From NCBI RefSeq assembly GCF_000008385.1, contig NC_006833.1, positions 150,001 to 182,000 of the forward strand: a stretch of 32,000 nucleotides of DNA, written 5' to 3'. Below are positions 1-9,713 of the stretch, piece after piece. The position numbers and the translations under genes are program-made. The notes below the pieces were generated by a model. It did not search any database and was not told the origin of the DNA. It saw only the letters and a list, made by a program, of their open reading frames with translations. The DNA comes from Wolbachia endosymbiont strain TRS of Brugia malayi. Lineage in GTDB: Bacteria; Pseudomonadota; Alphaproteobacteria; Rickettsiales; Anaplasmataceae. Position 1 is the first letter of the stretch. Each line of letters opens with the position of its first letter.

Positions 1-2
1 CA

Positions 3-182
3 ACTTTGCGTGGCAGATTCCATACGTATACTAATCAATACTTATCCTATTCGATTACCACAGCTGTTATATTTCATCCAGCTTACTTACTTCGTCAACC
101 AGCGCAAAAACGTTTAGCTTGGGAGGATTTAAAAAAGATTAGGGAGTACCTTAATAGTACCAATAACTGTACAGGCGTCTAG
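3..182 (+). CDS. Uracil-DNA glycosylase family 4, C-terminal fragment (5' end lies outside the window)
   Basis: Frame 3 is open from the window edge to TAG at 180-182. The translation ...TAVIFHPAYLLRQPAQKRLAWEDLKKIREYL carries the HPAYLLR-P-K-AW-DL C-terminal block I associate with family-4 UDGs. Confidence 0.6.
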   Translation, partial: TLRGRFHTYTNQYLSYSITTAVIFHPAYLLRQPAQKRLAWEDLKKIREYLNSTNNCTGV

Positions 183-270
183 CAAACTGATAAGATAATG
201 GACTCTTATATTATTCACTCCTCAAGCACAGCTATTATAGTAGTCATTCAAATAGTTTACCCAGAAACGC

Positions 271-845
271 AAAAAATTACTTGACACACTTTGTCAGCTC
301 TCTTAACCCTAGCAATAGGGCTATTTTATATAACCTCCTAATCTGTGCAAATTAAAATGACAAGAAGGTTTTGTATTTGATGTACTATTGTTTAATTCCT
401 TGTACTACGTACGCCGTATGTCTTTATAAAATTTCTATAGTTCTTACCTAATACAAGCTGAAATATACTTATAAAGCGTTTAAGACATCATCTAACATCA
501 AAATTTTTAAACAAAGAGCTAGTAACTAACTACTCTGTTTTTTTTGCCTTTTTTTCTGCTTGGTAAATTTTTAAAATATTTATGACCCCAATTAAGTTGC
601 ATTGAAAAGCAGCTAGACTGCAGCATTTAAGACTTAAGAAATGCCAATACTGAAAATAGATACTAACCAGAGCTTTTTTATCTTTTTTTTATTTAGTAAA
701 TTTCTTAAATATCTATAACTAAAGGCTAGTTGCAAAAAAGCAGCTAGCGTTTAGAATAAGGAAACGCTGAAAAAACATAAATACTATAGAGTTTCCTCTG
801 CCTTTTAGGCTAAGTCATACAAAAAGTCTACTAGTTATATAAGAG
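271..845 (+). repeat. Diverged copy (A) of the intergenic repeat family also present at 17324 and 31241
   Basis: It has the same architecture and many shared blocks: acttgaca at the start (281-286), tataaagcgtttaRgac, T-rich blocks followed by gtaaatttYt...atttatgac, a hairpin ctagttgc/gcagctag (725-746), and a terminal ctgcctttt...caaaaagtcta. Two internal units lie about 133 bp apart (gtaaattt at 563 and 696). Confidence 0.7.
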
Positions 846-1078
846 TTCAAGAAAGATATCATGAAAGTACTGGAATCTTGCTCCAATGTTAAACAACACA
901 AAGTTGAAAAAGCAGAGCAAAAAACGTTACTTACAATTTAGTAGTTCTCCAAAGTCAATTATGTTTAAAAATTAATCTCTGTCTATAACATCATCACTTG
1001 TCCATTAATGTGAATAAGGACTGGATGGCATGAAAAGCCTTTAGGATGCTTTAGTGTATCTATTTTCTTTTGTACTTC

Positions 1079-2265
1079 TTACATTATTGAATGACCAATT
1101 CTATTTTTTGAAAACTTGATTTCGCAAATGTAAAGAGTGTTAAATTTAGTTCGAATTATATAATCAATTTGATAAATAGCACTATTACCTGTCTTCCTCT
1201 GGAAAAATAGATTTTCGCTTATTATTTCATCAATTCCTAAGATATTAGGTATGCTCTTTCTATTGTTAAGCATCAAATTTTCAAATTGAAGTCCGATGAT
1301 TGTATGCCCCTCTGGTAGAGATGCAAGTAGTCCCATAGAGTAGTGCTAAGATTAATTTTCCTAGATTTTTTTAATATATTTCAGATAAAACCTTAAATAA
1401 TTATCTTGAAGTCTGCAGCTCCTTAATCGTGAATCAGTACCTGCTTGCATATTCCAAGTGTGATCCTTTGCAATAAAAAACAGGCAAGCTCAAGCTCATG
1501 TAGATACTTAGAAATGCGTCCATGTTGCAATATCTAAACTAAAAAGACACCTTTTGTAAAACAAAGCTTTTTGATATTTTCTTTAGCACAGTGTTTAAAA
1601 TTTACCTCTTCTAAATACTTCATAATTCCACCAATTACTGCAAGTACCTTAAATTTTTCATATGCTGAAATATTTTTTGGCCAAAACCTATTGCAATCAG
1701 AAAGTAATAACTCCTTAAGCGTTATAGTCAATAATATCCTTCCTACAAAACTAGCACTATTAAGTATATTTTTTTCGATCCAGGATGAAGCCGATCCACA
1801 AATAACAAAAATTAGCTTGGTATTATTTTTTAGCTGTGTATCCTAAAAATTCTTTATTTATCCTAAAAAAGTTGGATCTTTTGAGCCCATCCAAGAAATT
1901 TCATCAAAAAGTAATAACATTTTTCCAGATAGTAGATATTTACCAACTGTTCACAGTAAATCACTCCAATCACCATATCTAGCAAAAGACGTGCTAAATT
2001 GTCTAGCAACTTGTCTAGAAAATTCATTAATTTTGTGGGATACTATAGTATACTTTTCTGTAGCAAACCTATAAATGAGTAATACTACTCAAAATGCTTA
2101 CCAAACTCTTGAATTAAATGACTTTTTCCCATACGACGTCTTCCTTTAACTACTATAAAAGACGCAGCATTTTTTTTCTGCAAGCTCCAGCAGTTGCTTT
2201 AACTCAGCTTGCCTACATGAATAATGGAGAGATAGAACGTAAAATACAAATCTTTATTTCCATTA
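1079..2265 (-). pseudogene. AAA-type ATPase (DUF234-like ATP-binding protein), multiply frameshifted
   Basis: The minus-strand translation is split over several frames. It reads GRQAELKQLLELAEKK, shifts inside a T8 run (2170-2177), then continues NAASFIVVKGRRRMGKSHLIQEFG (Walker A). Further downstream come KLIFVICGSASSWIEKNILNSASFVGRI.LTITLKELLLSDCNRFW (ORF 1534-1731) and a C-terminal fragment ...IDYIIRTKFNTLYICEIKFSKNRIG (ORF 1079-1336). Confidence 0.6.
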
Positions 2266-2402
2266 TGCATGATAAAATCGGAGGTGTAAATAAATAAATT
2301 TTGATCTTTGTCTCTATAATGCTAAACCGACTGTTAATATCTTTTTTATATCACATTTTTAATTTACAATAGTTAGCCAGCGTTTCTTATTAAACAAACC
2401 TT

Positions 2403-3110
2403 TCAATCGACCATTGCTAAATTCTGTAATCCAACTCTCACCACACTCACTTTCACGCAATATTGGTTGTCTTTAAAAAGCAATCTAACGTTTTTTATTC
2501 CTTGGTTACGAAGCTTTGATGCAGCTGATTTAGCGGCCTGAGCATTTTCAAAAAATGCAATATATCCCTTACTTTCCGCATTGTCTTGTTTCGGGTGACG
2601 TTTCTGCATTTCTTTTTCATGCTGCTTTCTATAATGAGGAGTTCTTTGTATTAATTGCTCTGATATTTTCCTTAAATATTGCACTTTTACTTTTGCAAGC
2701 CCAGCTTTATGAAGCCCTAAAATTTTTGCCGCCTTTTCCGATAAGTCTATTATTCTACCTTCAACAAATGGCCCTCTGTCGTTAACTCTTACAACAAGCT
2801 TTTTCCCATTTTCCAAGTTGGTAACGAGAACAAAGCAGGGTAGAGGCAAAGTCTTATGCGCCGCAGAAATCAAGTGACGGTTAAACACTTCACCATTTGC
2901 TGTAAGTGTACCATGATCTTCTATTCCATACCATGATGCTACTCCTATCTCTTCGTAATGGTTACAGTGTTTGGGATGATAGATTATACCATTTATTGTA
3001 TAGCTATTACCAATTTTATAATGACCTGCAGTATCATTACACCTGCTGCAAAAATTGCAACTACTTATCAAAATAAATGTTAGGCATAGAAGGGCTAGAT
3101 TTTTTATCAT
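2403..3110 (-). CDS. rlpA: Septal ring lytic transglycosylase RlpA family lipoprotein (DPBB domain plus C-terminal SPOR-like domain)
   Basis: 235-aa ORF. It has a signal peptide with a lipobox-like LISSC and the RlpA DPBB block SWYG...TANGEVF...[27 protein letters not shown]. The C-terminal segment [23 protein letters not shown] looks SPOR-like. Confidence 0.85.
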   Translation of the reverse strand: MIKNLALLCLTFILISSCNFCSRCNDTAGHYKIGNSYTINGIIYHPKHCNHYEEIGVASWYGIEDHGTLTANGEVFNRHLISAAHKTLPLPCFVLVTNLENGKKLVVRVNDRGPFVEGRIIDLSEKAAKILGLHKAGLAKVKVQYLRKISEQLIQRTPHYRKQHEKEMQKRHPKQDNAESKGYIAFFENAQAAKSAASKLRNQGIKNVRLLFKDNQYCVKVSVVRVGLQNLAMVD

Positions 3111-3196
3111 TGTATTTAGTGAAAGGGCTCGATACCATGAGGATTTTAAATTATACTATAATAAATTTAGTAATAAGTAAAAGTCTACTGCTAAAT

Positions 3197-4747
3197 ATGA
3201 ATGGTATTAAGAAAGGAATAATACATATAATTGGTATAGGTGGAATTGGAATGAGCGCGATTGCTGAGATTCTCCATAATTCTAATTATAAAGTGCAAGG
3301 TAGTGATGCTCAATCAAACAACAATGTAGATAGATTACAAAAGCTAGGTATAGAGATCTATATTGGTCACAATGCCAATAATATTAAGCAAGCTCAAGTA
3401 GTTGTATATTCTTCCGCCATAAAATCTGATAATGTGGAGTTAGTTGCAGCGAGGAATAACAATAAGACTATTTTGCATAGATCAGGCATACTTGCTGAAA
3501 TTATGAAAGATAAGTATGTGATAGCAGTTTCAGGTTCAAGCGGAAAGACGACAACAACGGCCATGATTGCTTCTATTTTTGATCATTCTAATACTGATGC
3601 AACTGTAATTGTGGGAGGGATATTAAACTCCTATCAAAATAACTCAAAACTTGGCAAGAGTGACATTCTTTTAATCGAAGCTGATGAATCTGATGAAACT
3701 ATGCTAAAAATTCCTGCAAATATTGCTGTTATAACAAGTATTAATAATGACCATATAGACCATTATGGAACATTTGATAATATCAAAAATGCATTTTCTC
3801 AATTTATAAACAGTGCAGATTTTGCAATTTTGCCTGATTCTGTAGGAATTAATGATAGCGAAAGTGTTTCCATAAAGTTTGGGTTTGAAGGTGTTTATCC
3901 CTTTGTCATCCAATCCCCCTTTGTCGTCCCAGTGCATGACATTGGAATCAAGAAAAAAAAATCGGCGTCATGTTCTATAAAAGCGAGTAATGTCAAAGCA
4001 AATAACATCAGGCAACATAATAACAGCATAGAATTTGATGTGTTAATTGATGGTTGTAGTATAGACAGAAGTCACTGGATCCCAGCATCATGCACTGAGA
4101 CGACAGCAGTTCTTCCTTTATCGTCCACTCAAATAACATCACTGAGATCCAGAATTATAAAAAATGTAGTGCTATCAAACGCAATAGGAATGCATAAAGT
4201 TAGTAATGCTCTAGCTGCAATATCGGTTGCAATAAAGTTGGGAATCAATGATGTGGACATTAAAAAAGGCCTTTTGGAATTTAAAGGAGTTGCAAGAAGA
4301 TTTTCCTTAGTGGCCGATATTAAAGACGTTAAGTTAATTGAAGACTATGCCCATCATCCAAGTGAAATACAGGCAACTTTAACAGCAGCACGTTCAATCA
4401 CTAAAGGGAAAATAATAGGCATTATCGAGCCGTTTCGTTTTGCTCGTATTCGTAATTTTTTTGATGAATTCATACGGATTTTCATGATGTTTGACTATGT
4501 AATCCTTGTTCCTGTTCATCCCCCAGAAGATAAGCCCATTCTTGGTTGTAGGATTGATGATATACAAGAAGCTTTAATCAGTAACGGGTTTAATAATGTA
4601 AAGATTATGAACGATGCTTTGCTCATTTCAAATTTTATCAGTGATTCGACAAATTCAGGCGATATTGTACTATTTATTGGTGCTGGTATTAATGTAGCTA
4701 GACTAGCAAGAGAAACTGTAGTGTTTATGTCAGGAGTGGAGATTTAA
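3197..4747 (+). CDS. murC: UDP-N-acetylmuramate--L-alanine ligase MurC, carrying two in-frame repeat insertions
   Basis: Motifs present: [65 protein letters not shown] and [10 protein letters not shown]. The ORF is open from 3077, but that start would overlap the divergent rlpA 5' end. The ATG at 3197 ([16 protein letters not shown]) leaves an 86-bp divergent intergenic region and gives a normal MurC N-terminus. Confidence 0.9.
   Translation: MNGIKKGIIHIIGIGGIGMSAIAEILHNSNYKVQGSDAQSNNNVDRLQKLGIEIYIGHNANNIKQAQVVVYSSAIKSDNVELVAARNNNKTILHRSGILAEIMKDKYVIAVSGSSGKTTTTAMIASIFDHSNTDATVIVGGILNSYQNNSKLGKSDILLIEADESDETMLKIPANIAVITSINNDHIDHYGTFDNIKNAFSQFINSADFAILPDSVGINDSESVSIKFGFEGVYPFVIQSPFVVPVHDIGIKKKKSASCSIKASNVKANNIRQHNNSIEFDVLIDGCSIDRSHWIPASCTETTAVLPLSSTQITSLRSRIIKNVVLSNAIGMHKVSNALAAISVAIKLGINDVDIKKGLLEFKGVARRFSLVADIKDVKLIEDYAHHPSEIQATLTAARSITKGKIIGIIEPFRFARIRNFFDEFIRIFMMFDYVILVPVHPPEDKPILGCRIDDIQEALISNGFNNVKIMNDALLISNFISDSTNSGDIVLFIGAGINVARLARETVVFMSGVEI
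3893..3967 (+). repeat. Short hairpin-type repeat inserted in frame in murC (copy 1)
   Basis: It encodes [25 protein letters not shown], which has no MurC character. The core 3923-3949 (gtcgtcccagtgcatgacattggaatc) is the reverse complement of 4077-4104 at 22/27 positions. Boundaries are estimated. Confidence 0.55.
4064..4156 (+). repeat. Short hairpin-type repeat inserted in frame in murC (copy 2, opposite orientation)
   Basis: It encodes [30 protein letters not shown]. Internal pairing is ctggatc (4075-4081) with gatccag (4146-4152), and gacga (4099-4103) with tcgtc (4121-4125). Boundaries are estimated. Confidence 0.55.
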
Positions 4748-4748
4748 T

Positions 4749-6026
4749 ATGACAAAAAGAATAATTAATAATGTATTTGCAAGAGAAATTTTAGATAGCA
4801 GGGGGTACCCCACTGTTGAGGTAGAAATTGAACTCTGTGATGGAGCAACGGGTAGAGCATCTGTACCCTCTGGAGCTTCAACCGGCAAACTAGAAGCCTT
4901 GGAATTGAGGGATCAAGACGAAAAAAGGTATTGTGGTAAGGGAGTGCTGAAGGCTGTTAAAGCAGTCAATGGAGTGATAGCGAACGCAATCATTGGAATG
5001 GATGCAGCAGACCAAAGTACAATCGATAAAGCTTTAATCGAGTTGGATGGAACAAGAAACAAATCTAAGCTCGGGGCAAACGCAACTTTAGGGGTATCTC
5101 TTGCATCTGCAAAAGCAGCAGCAAACAGTTTCAAAATGCCGTTGTATAGGTATTTGGGAGGAGAGCAGGCAAATGTTATGCCGTTTCCACTAATTAATAT
5201 AATTAATGGTGGAGTCCATGCAGACAATAAACTTGACTTTCAAGAATTTATGATTCTCCCTATTGGAGCTGAGGCTTTCAGTGAAGCGATCAGAATGTCT
5301 GCAGAGGTGTTTCACAACTTACGTAGTATTCTTAGGAAAAGAGGTTATAGCACAAATGTAGGAGATGAAGGTGGTTTTGCACCAAATATTGAGAGTACTG
5401 AAGAAGCACTTGACTTGATTGTGCATGCTATAGAATCTGCCAGTTATTCAACACAGAATCATTTTGCACTAGGCCTTGATGTTGCTTCATCTACTTTTTA
5501 TAAAAATAAAATTTACAAATTTGCAAATAAGGAGCTTACTTCAGAAGAACTGGTTGAATACTATTATAACCTCGTAGAAAAATACCCGATAACCTCCATG
5601 GAAGATGCGATGAGTGAGGACGATTATGAGGGTTGGAAGTTGCTTACTGCAAAACTAGGAAGTAAAGTTCAATTGGTTGGAGATGATTTGTTCGTTACAA
5701 ATTGTGAGCTAATACGTAAAGGGATAGAGGAAAAAATGGCAAATGCTGTACTAATCAAACCAAATCAGATAGGGACGTTAACAGAAACTTTTACTGCTAT
5801 TGGAATGACAAAATCAGGTGGCTATAAAGCTGTTATTTCTCACCGCTCAGGTGAAACAGAAGATACAACGATATCTCATATAGCAATTGCGTCAAATTGT
5901 GGGCAAATAAAGACTGGTTCGCTATCGCGTTCTGATAGGCTTGCAAAGTATAATGAGCTAATAAGAATAGAAGGCACATTAGAAAGAAATGCCAAATATT
6001 ATTATGGGTTAGCATGGACTTCATAG
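4749..6026 (+). CDS. eno: Enolase (phosphopyruvate hydratase)
   Basis: 425-aa ORF with [24 protein letters not shown], and the later blocks [12 protein letters not shown] and [12 protein letters not shown]. Confidence 0.97.
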   Translation: MTKRIINNVFAREILDSRGYPTVEVEIELCDGATGRASVPSGASTGKLEALELRDQDEKRYCGKGVLKAVKAVNGVIANAIIGMDAADQSTIDKALIELDGTRNKSKLGANATLGVSLASAKAAANSFKMPLYRYLGGEQANVMPFPLINIINGGVHADNKLDFQEFMILPIGAEAFSEAIRMSAEVFHNLRSILRKRGYSTNVGDEGGFAPNIESTEEALDLIVHAIESASYSTQNHFALGLDVASSTFYKNKIYKFANKELTSEELVEYYYNLVEKYPITSMEDAMSEDDYEGWKLLTAKLGSKVQLVGDDLFVTNCELIRKGIEEKMANAVLIKPNQIGTLTETFTAIGMTKSGGYKAVISHRSGETEDTTISHIAIASNCGQIKTGSLSRSDRLAKYNELIRIEGTLERNAKYYYGLAWTS

Positions 6027-7036
6027 ACGAGGTTAAATTATATTTAAAAGCAGGTGATGGCGGCGATGGTTGTGTAAGTTTTCGTCGAGAAAAATTTGTT
6101 GAATTTGGTGGTCCAAATGGTGGTAATGGAGGAAAGGGTGGGAACATAGTTTTTGTTAGCGATGCAAATCTCAACACTTTGCTTAATTTTCGTTATAGGA
6201 GGCACGTTAAAGCAGGCAGTGGAAAAAGTGGTGCGAGTAGAGATAGATCTGGTACAGCAGGAAAAAACATTGTACTTAAAGTGCCAGTCGGCACACAAAT
6301 AATTGATGAAGAAAGTGAGAAGATAATATTAGACTTTAATAAGCCTGATATGGAGTTTTTAATAGCGCAAGGTGGAAAAGGTGGACTTGGAAATACTAAT
6401 TTTAAATCTTCTATTAACAGGGCACCAAGGCATTTTACTTGTGGCCAGTTTGGTGAAGAAAAATATGTAGTATTAAAGCTCAAAGTTTTATCTGATGTTG
6501 GTATTATTGGTATGCCAAATGCAGGTAAATCGAAGTTTTTAACTCGCTGTTCAAATGCAGATACAAAGGTAGGAGACTATCCGTTCACTACCATAAAGCC
6601 TCATTTAGGTGTGGCAAAAGTGGATAATAGCGAAGTTGTAATAGTAGACATTCCTGGAATAATCACTGATGCTCACCTTGGAATTGGACTCGGGCATAAA
6701 TTTTTAAAACACGTAGAAAGATGTAAAATTTTATTGCATTTAATTGATGTAACTCACGATAATGTCGTTTCAGCTTATAATTGTATGCGCAATGAGCTGG
6801 AACTTTACAATAGTGATCTTGTTAAAAAAGAAGAAATTATAGTATTAAACAAATGCGACTTATTGAGGAAAGTAGAAATTTTTGAAAAAAAGAATCACCT
6901 AGCCAATTATCTTAATAAAGAGGTGCTGTGCTTATCGATTGGTGAAGATTTACAGCCCATTCTAAGGTTATTAAACGAAAAATTGAAAAAGGGTAGCTCT
7001 AAGAAAGTGGATGTATACGATCCTTTTAAGAGATGA
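6014..7036 (+). CDS. obg: GTPase Obg/CgtA
   Basis: 340-aa ORF. N-terminal Obg fold [26 protein letters not shown]...[13 protein letters not shown]-domain [20 protein letters not shown]. The ATG at 6014 overlaps the eno stop (6024-6026). Confidence 0.95.
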   Translation: MDFIDEVKLYLKAGDGGDGCVSFRREKFVEFGGPNGGNGGKGGNIVFVSDANLNTLLNFRYRRHVKAGSGKSGASRDRSGTAGKNIVLKVPVGTQIIDEESEKIILDFNKPDMEFLIAQGGKGGLGNTNFKSSINRAPRHFTCGQFGEEKYVVLKLKVLSDVGIIGMPNAGKSKFLTRCSNADTKVGDYPFTTIKPHLGVAKVDNSEVVIVDIPGIITDAHLGIGLGHKFLKHVERCKILLHLIDVTHDNVVSAYNCMRNELELYNSDLVKKEEIIVLNKCDLLRKVEIFEKKNHLANYLNKEVLCLSIGEDLQPILRLLNEKLKKGSSKKVDVYDPFKR

Positions 7037-7130
7037 ATTCCATCTAAATAATTGATATTTTTCATTTATTTTATCATATAACTGGAATATATGAATATGA
7101 CTGCTTTAGCCATACTATATTTGCCTTTTT

Positions 7131-9713
7131 TCACTTAGCAAAAATGAATTTAATACTTCTAATTCTTTTCAGAGTGCTAAATATTTGATCTACATCAAAA
7201 TTCATCTTAGGGTGCCAAATAGGGCCATCTAAATGCATGTCAATATAGATCGGACTACTATGACCTGGTAGAATGAAAAAGAATCTGACTAAAGAAATTA
7301 AAGCAAAGTTGGGTAAAGTTAAATTAGAAGAGATAGACCCCGATGCTTGATCAATTCTAAATTGTAAACTGGTTGAACATACGCCATTTTTAATATTTGC
7401 TTTTCCTATAACATTTTCAAAAAGCGTACTGCCATTGTATATATCATCATGAGCAAGTGTGGAAATTTCAGATTTATTCTTACCATTTAATAAATTAGTG
7501 ATAAATGAATTAAAATCCACATTAGTAAATTCTATTTCTTGTGCTTGCAAGTTGATTTCTCCTGACAAATTATTAGCCCAACCATGAAAACTTTTTCCTT
7601 GAGCTTTGATTTCACCGTTTAAGCTTATCCGACCATCTACATTGTCAATTCCTATAGCTTTACCAATTCCTTTAGCATCCAAATTTGTAATAAGAAATTT
7701 TGTATACATTGAGTCTGATCTTAGATAACCCTGAAAAAATACTTGTCCATGTTCTAGTGCATAACTTACTTGTCTCATAGTGACAGTGTTATTTCTCACC
7801 ACTGCATCCAAGTTAAAGTCCTTCAAAACATTCTGCCCAACCCTAAATTCTATAGCATTGATTTGCACATTTGCATCAAAGCTTTCTTTATTGTCCAAAA
7901 AATCAAACTGCTTTGTTGACCATTGAATTTGATTTATCTTATTTCTTGAATCCCTTTTCACCTCTATAAAACTCGGTAATTTAAAGATATCTCCATTAAA
8001 TTTATTTCCTGTAAGGTTTACCTCTAGCAAAGGTTTAGTATATCTCTGATCTACTAATATCTTTGTGCTACCGTTAATATCGCAATCTTCTCCAGATAGA
8101 TTAATTTTATCTACAACTAGCTTACCCTTCTCCATTTTCAGTAAGAAATCCAGATCTTTAATTTTCGTATCATTCAATTTAAAATCATTAGCATTAATCT
8201 TTATACTTACATCATACCTCAGATTTTTTAGCCATCCCATTTTGGACAAACTACTAAATAATGAATAATCGTACTTATCTGCATCAAGATTATGTACACT
8301 AAATCTACCACCAACCACATTGTGTTTTTTTGTGTGACTTACCTTGATTGACCCTTGTAAAAACTCTTTATCATTTAGAAATCTGATATTGGAAATAGAT
8401 AATATCCTGGGTGCAAAATGTAATTCAGAACTTAGTGTAAATTGATTTTTCTGGTTTCCCTTTATTTTTATAGAAGGAAAGAAGCATGAAATGAACGACT
8501 TAAAATTGTCCCCTTTTACCAGTAAATTACCATTAAATTCAGATAGAGTACCGCTATTTGAAACTTTTCCTGATAAGTGAGATACATTATTGGTTCCAGG
8601 AAATTTAAGTAACATATCAACTTTTATTTCACCATCAGCAAATTTTAATATAGCGTGAGATTTATCTAATATTTTATTTTGGTATTGAATATTTGAGGCT
8701 TCTATATTAAAATCTAAGCTCAAGTTCCTTGGCACAACTTTTCTAAAACATTCCAGAAGATCCTTTATATCTATTATTCTTCGTGAGCTATTTCGTATAG
8801 AATCTAAATTAACCTTGCTGAAGCTGATATTGATATTAGTGTGATTACTTTTTCTATCGTTTTGTATTATACCACTAGCCTGCATGCTTTTGGATTTTAT
8901 TTTCAAGTCAGTTGCTGTGAAATCATTTCCATTGAAGTCAATATTAGATGATATCTCGATGTTTTCACCAGGGATGACATAAGCAAGAAAGCTAAGATTA
9001 GTAATTTTTGCCAAGTCGTTTATAAAATCAGAACTATTATTAATTGTTAGCGTTAACTTACCCTGTAGCCCTGCTTGATTCTTTTTACCTGTAAATAGCA
9101 GATTTATAAAATTTGATTCTACACTGATATGTACATTTTTTTTTGTAATATTAACTTTTCCTGAAAAATCATAATCATTACTATCTACCCTTATTTCACC
9201 AGAGAATTGCTTACTTTTTCCTATAGCAACTTTCTCTATGTTAACGATATTGTCATAGTCAGTGAAATTATTGTTTAAACTCACTTGGCTGCCTTTTATT
9301 ACTATATCAACTGCGTTACTACTGGTTTTTGCATTTATAATGTTAATAAAATTTTCTCTGTTGCTTTTCATACCAAGCAACGTAATTGACTTTGGTTGTA
9401 GCGAAAATAAGAACAACGATAAAATAGATGGCCTTACTTCAATTTTATTTACGCCAATCAAGGTTGATAATTTTTGCTCTTTATTGTTGTTGCATTGCAT
9501 GTATACGTTATGAACAGTGAGCTTTGGAGTGATTAATGAAACTTCAACTTTCCCTCCAATGTGTACTTTAGCGTTATACGTCTTTTCCAATCCTTGCACA
9601 ATGTACTCCTTGTAACTATCCCAGTCCTTAAAAGTTACAGTAACTTGCAAGAGGATTAGCACCAAAGAAATTGATAGTGTAACATATATAGAGAGTTTCA
9701 TAATTTTGTACAC
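7131..9713 (-). CDS. AsmA-family / TamB-like large envelope protein
   Basis: 860-aa ORF with a single N-terminal TM/signal anchor (KLSIYVTLSISLVLILLQV). The rest is a long Asn/Lys/Ser-rich, beta-strand-like repetitive body, as in AsmA-family proteins of Rickettsiales. The alternative start at 9701 forms an ATGA overlap with the murJ stop. Confidence 0.6.
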   Translation of the reverse strand: MYKIMKLSIYVTLSISLVLILLQVTVTFKDWDSYKEYIVQGLEKTYNAKVHIGGKVEVSLITPKLTVHNVYMQCNNNKEQKLSTLIGVNKIEVRPSILSLFLFSLQPKSITLLGMKSNRENFINIINAKTSSNAVDIVIKGSQVSLNNNFTDYDNIVNIEKVAIGKSKQFSGEIRVDSNDYDFSGKVNITKKNVHISVESNFINLLFTGKKNQAGLQGKLTLTINNSSDFINDLAKITNLSFLAYVIPGENIEISSNIDFNGNDFTATDLKIKSKSMQASGIIQNDRKSNHTNINISFSKVNLDSIRNSSRRIIDIKDLLECFRKVVPRNLSLDFNIEASNIQYQNKILDKSHAILKFADGEIKVDMLLKFPGTNNVSHLSGKVSNSGTLSEFNGNLLVKGDNFKSFISCFFPSIKIKGNQKNQFTLSSELHFAPRILSISNIRFLNDKEFLQGSIKVSHTKKHNVVGGRFSVHNLDADKYDYSLFSSLSKMGWLKNLRYDVSIKINANDFKLNDTKIKDLDFLLKMEKGKLVVDKINLSGEDCDINGSTKILVDQRYTKPLLEVNLTGNKFNGDIFKLPSFIEVKRDSRNKINQIQWSTKQFDFLDNKESFDANVQINAIEFRVGQNVLKDFNLDAVVRNNTVTMRQVSYALEHGQVFFQGYLRSDSMYTKFLITNLDAKGIGKAIGIDNVDGRISLNGEIKAQGKSFHGWANNLSGEINLQAQEIEFTNVDFNSFITNLLNGKNKSEISTLAHDDIYNGSTLFENVIGKANIKNGVCSTSLQFRIDQASGSISSNLTLPNFALISLVRFFFILPGHSSPIYIDMHLDGPIWHPKMNFDVDQIFSTLKRIRSIKFIFAK

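Noticed and set aside
3077-3196. Upstream extension of murC to the first ATG of the ORF (or the Met at 3137)
   Set aside because: It would overlap or abut the divergent rlpA start (3110) and add 20-40 residues with no MurC similarity. The ATG at 3197 gives the normal distance to the GIGGIGMS motif.
4913-6483. Antisense ORFs inside eno and obg (104, 114, 84 and 96 aa), plus similar ones inside murC, asmA, murJ, recJ, nuoD, HK, argD, efp, hemA and htpG
   Set aside because: Each is fully embedded antisense or out of frame within a strongly supported conserved gene, and each has biased, motif-free translations.
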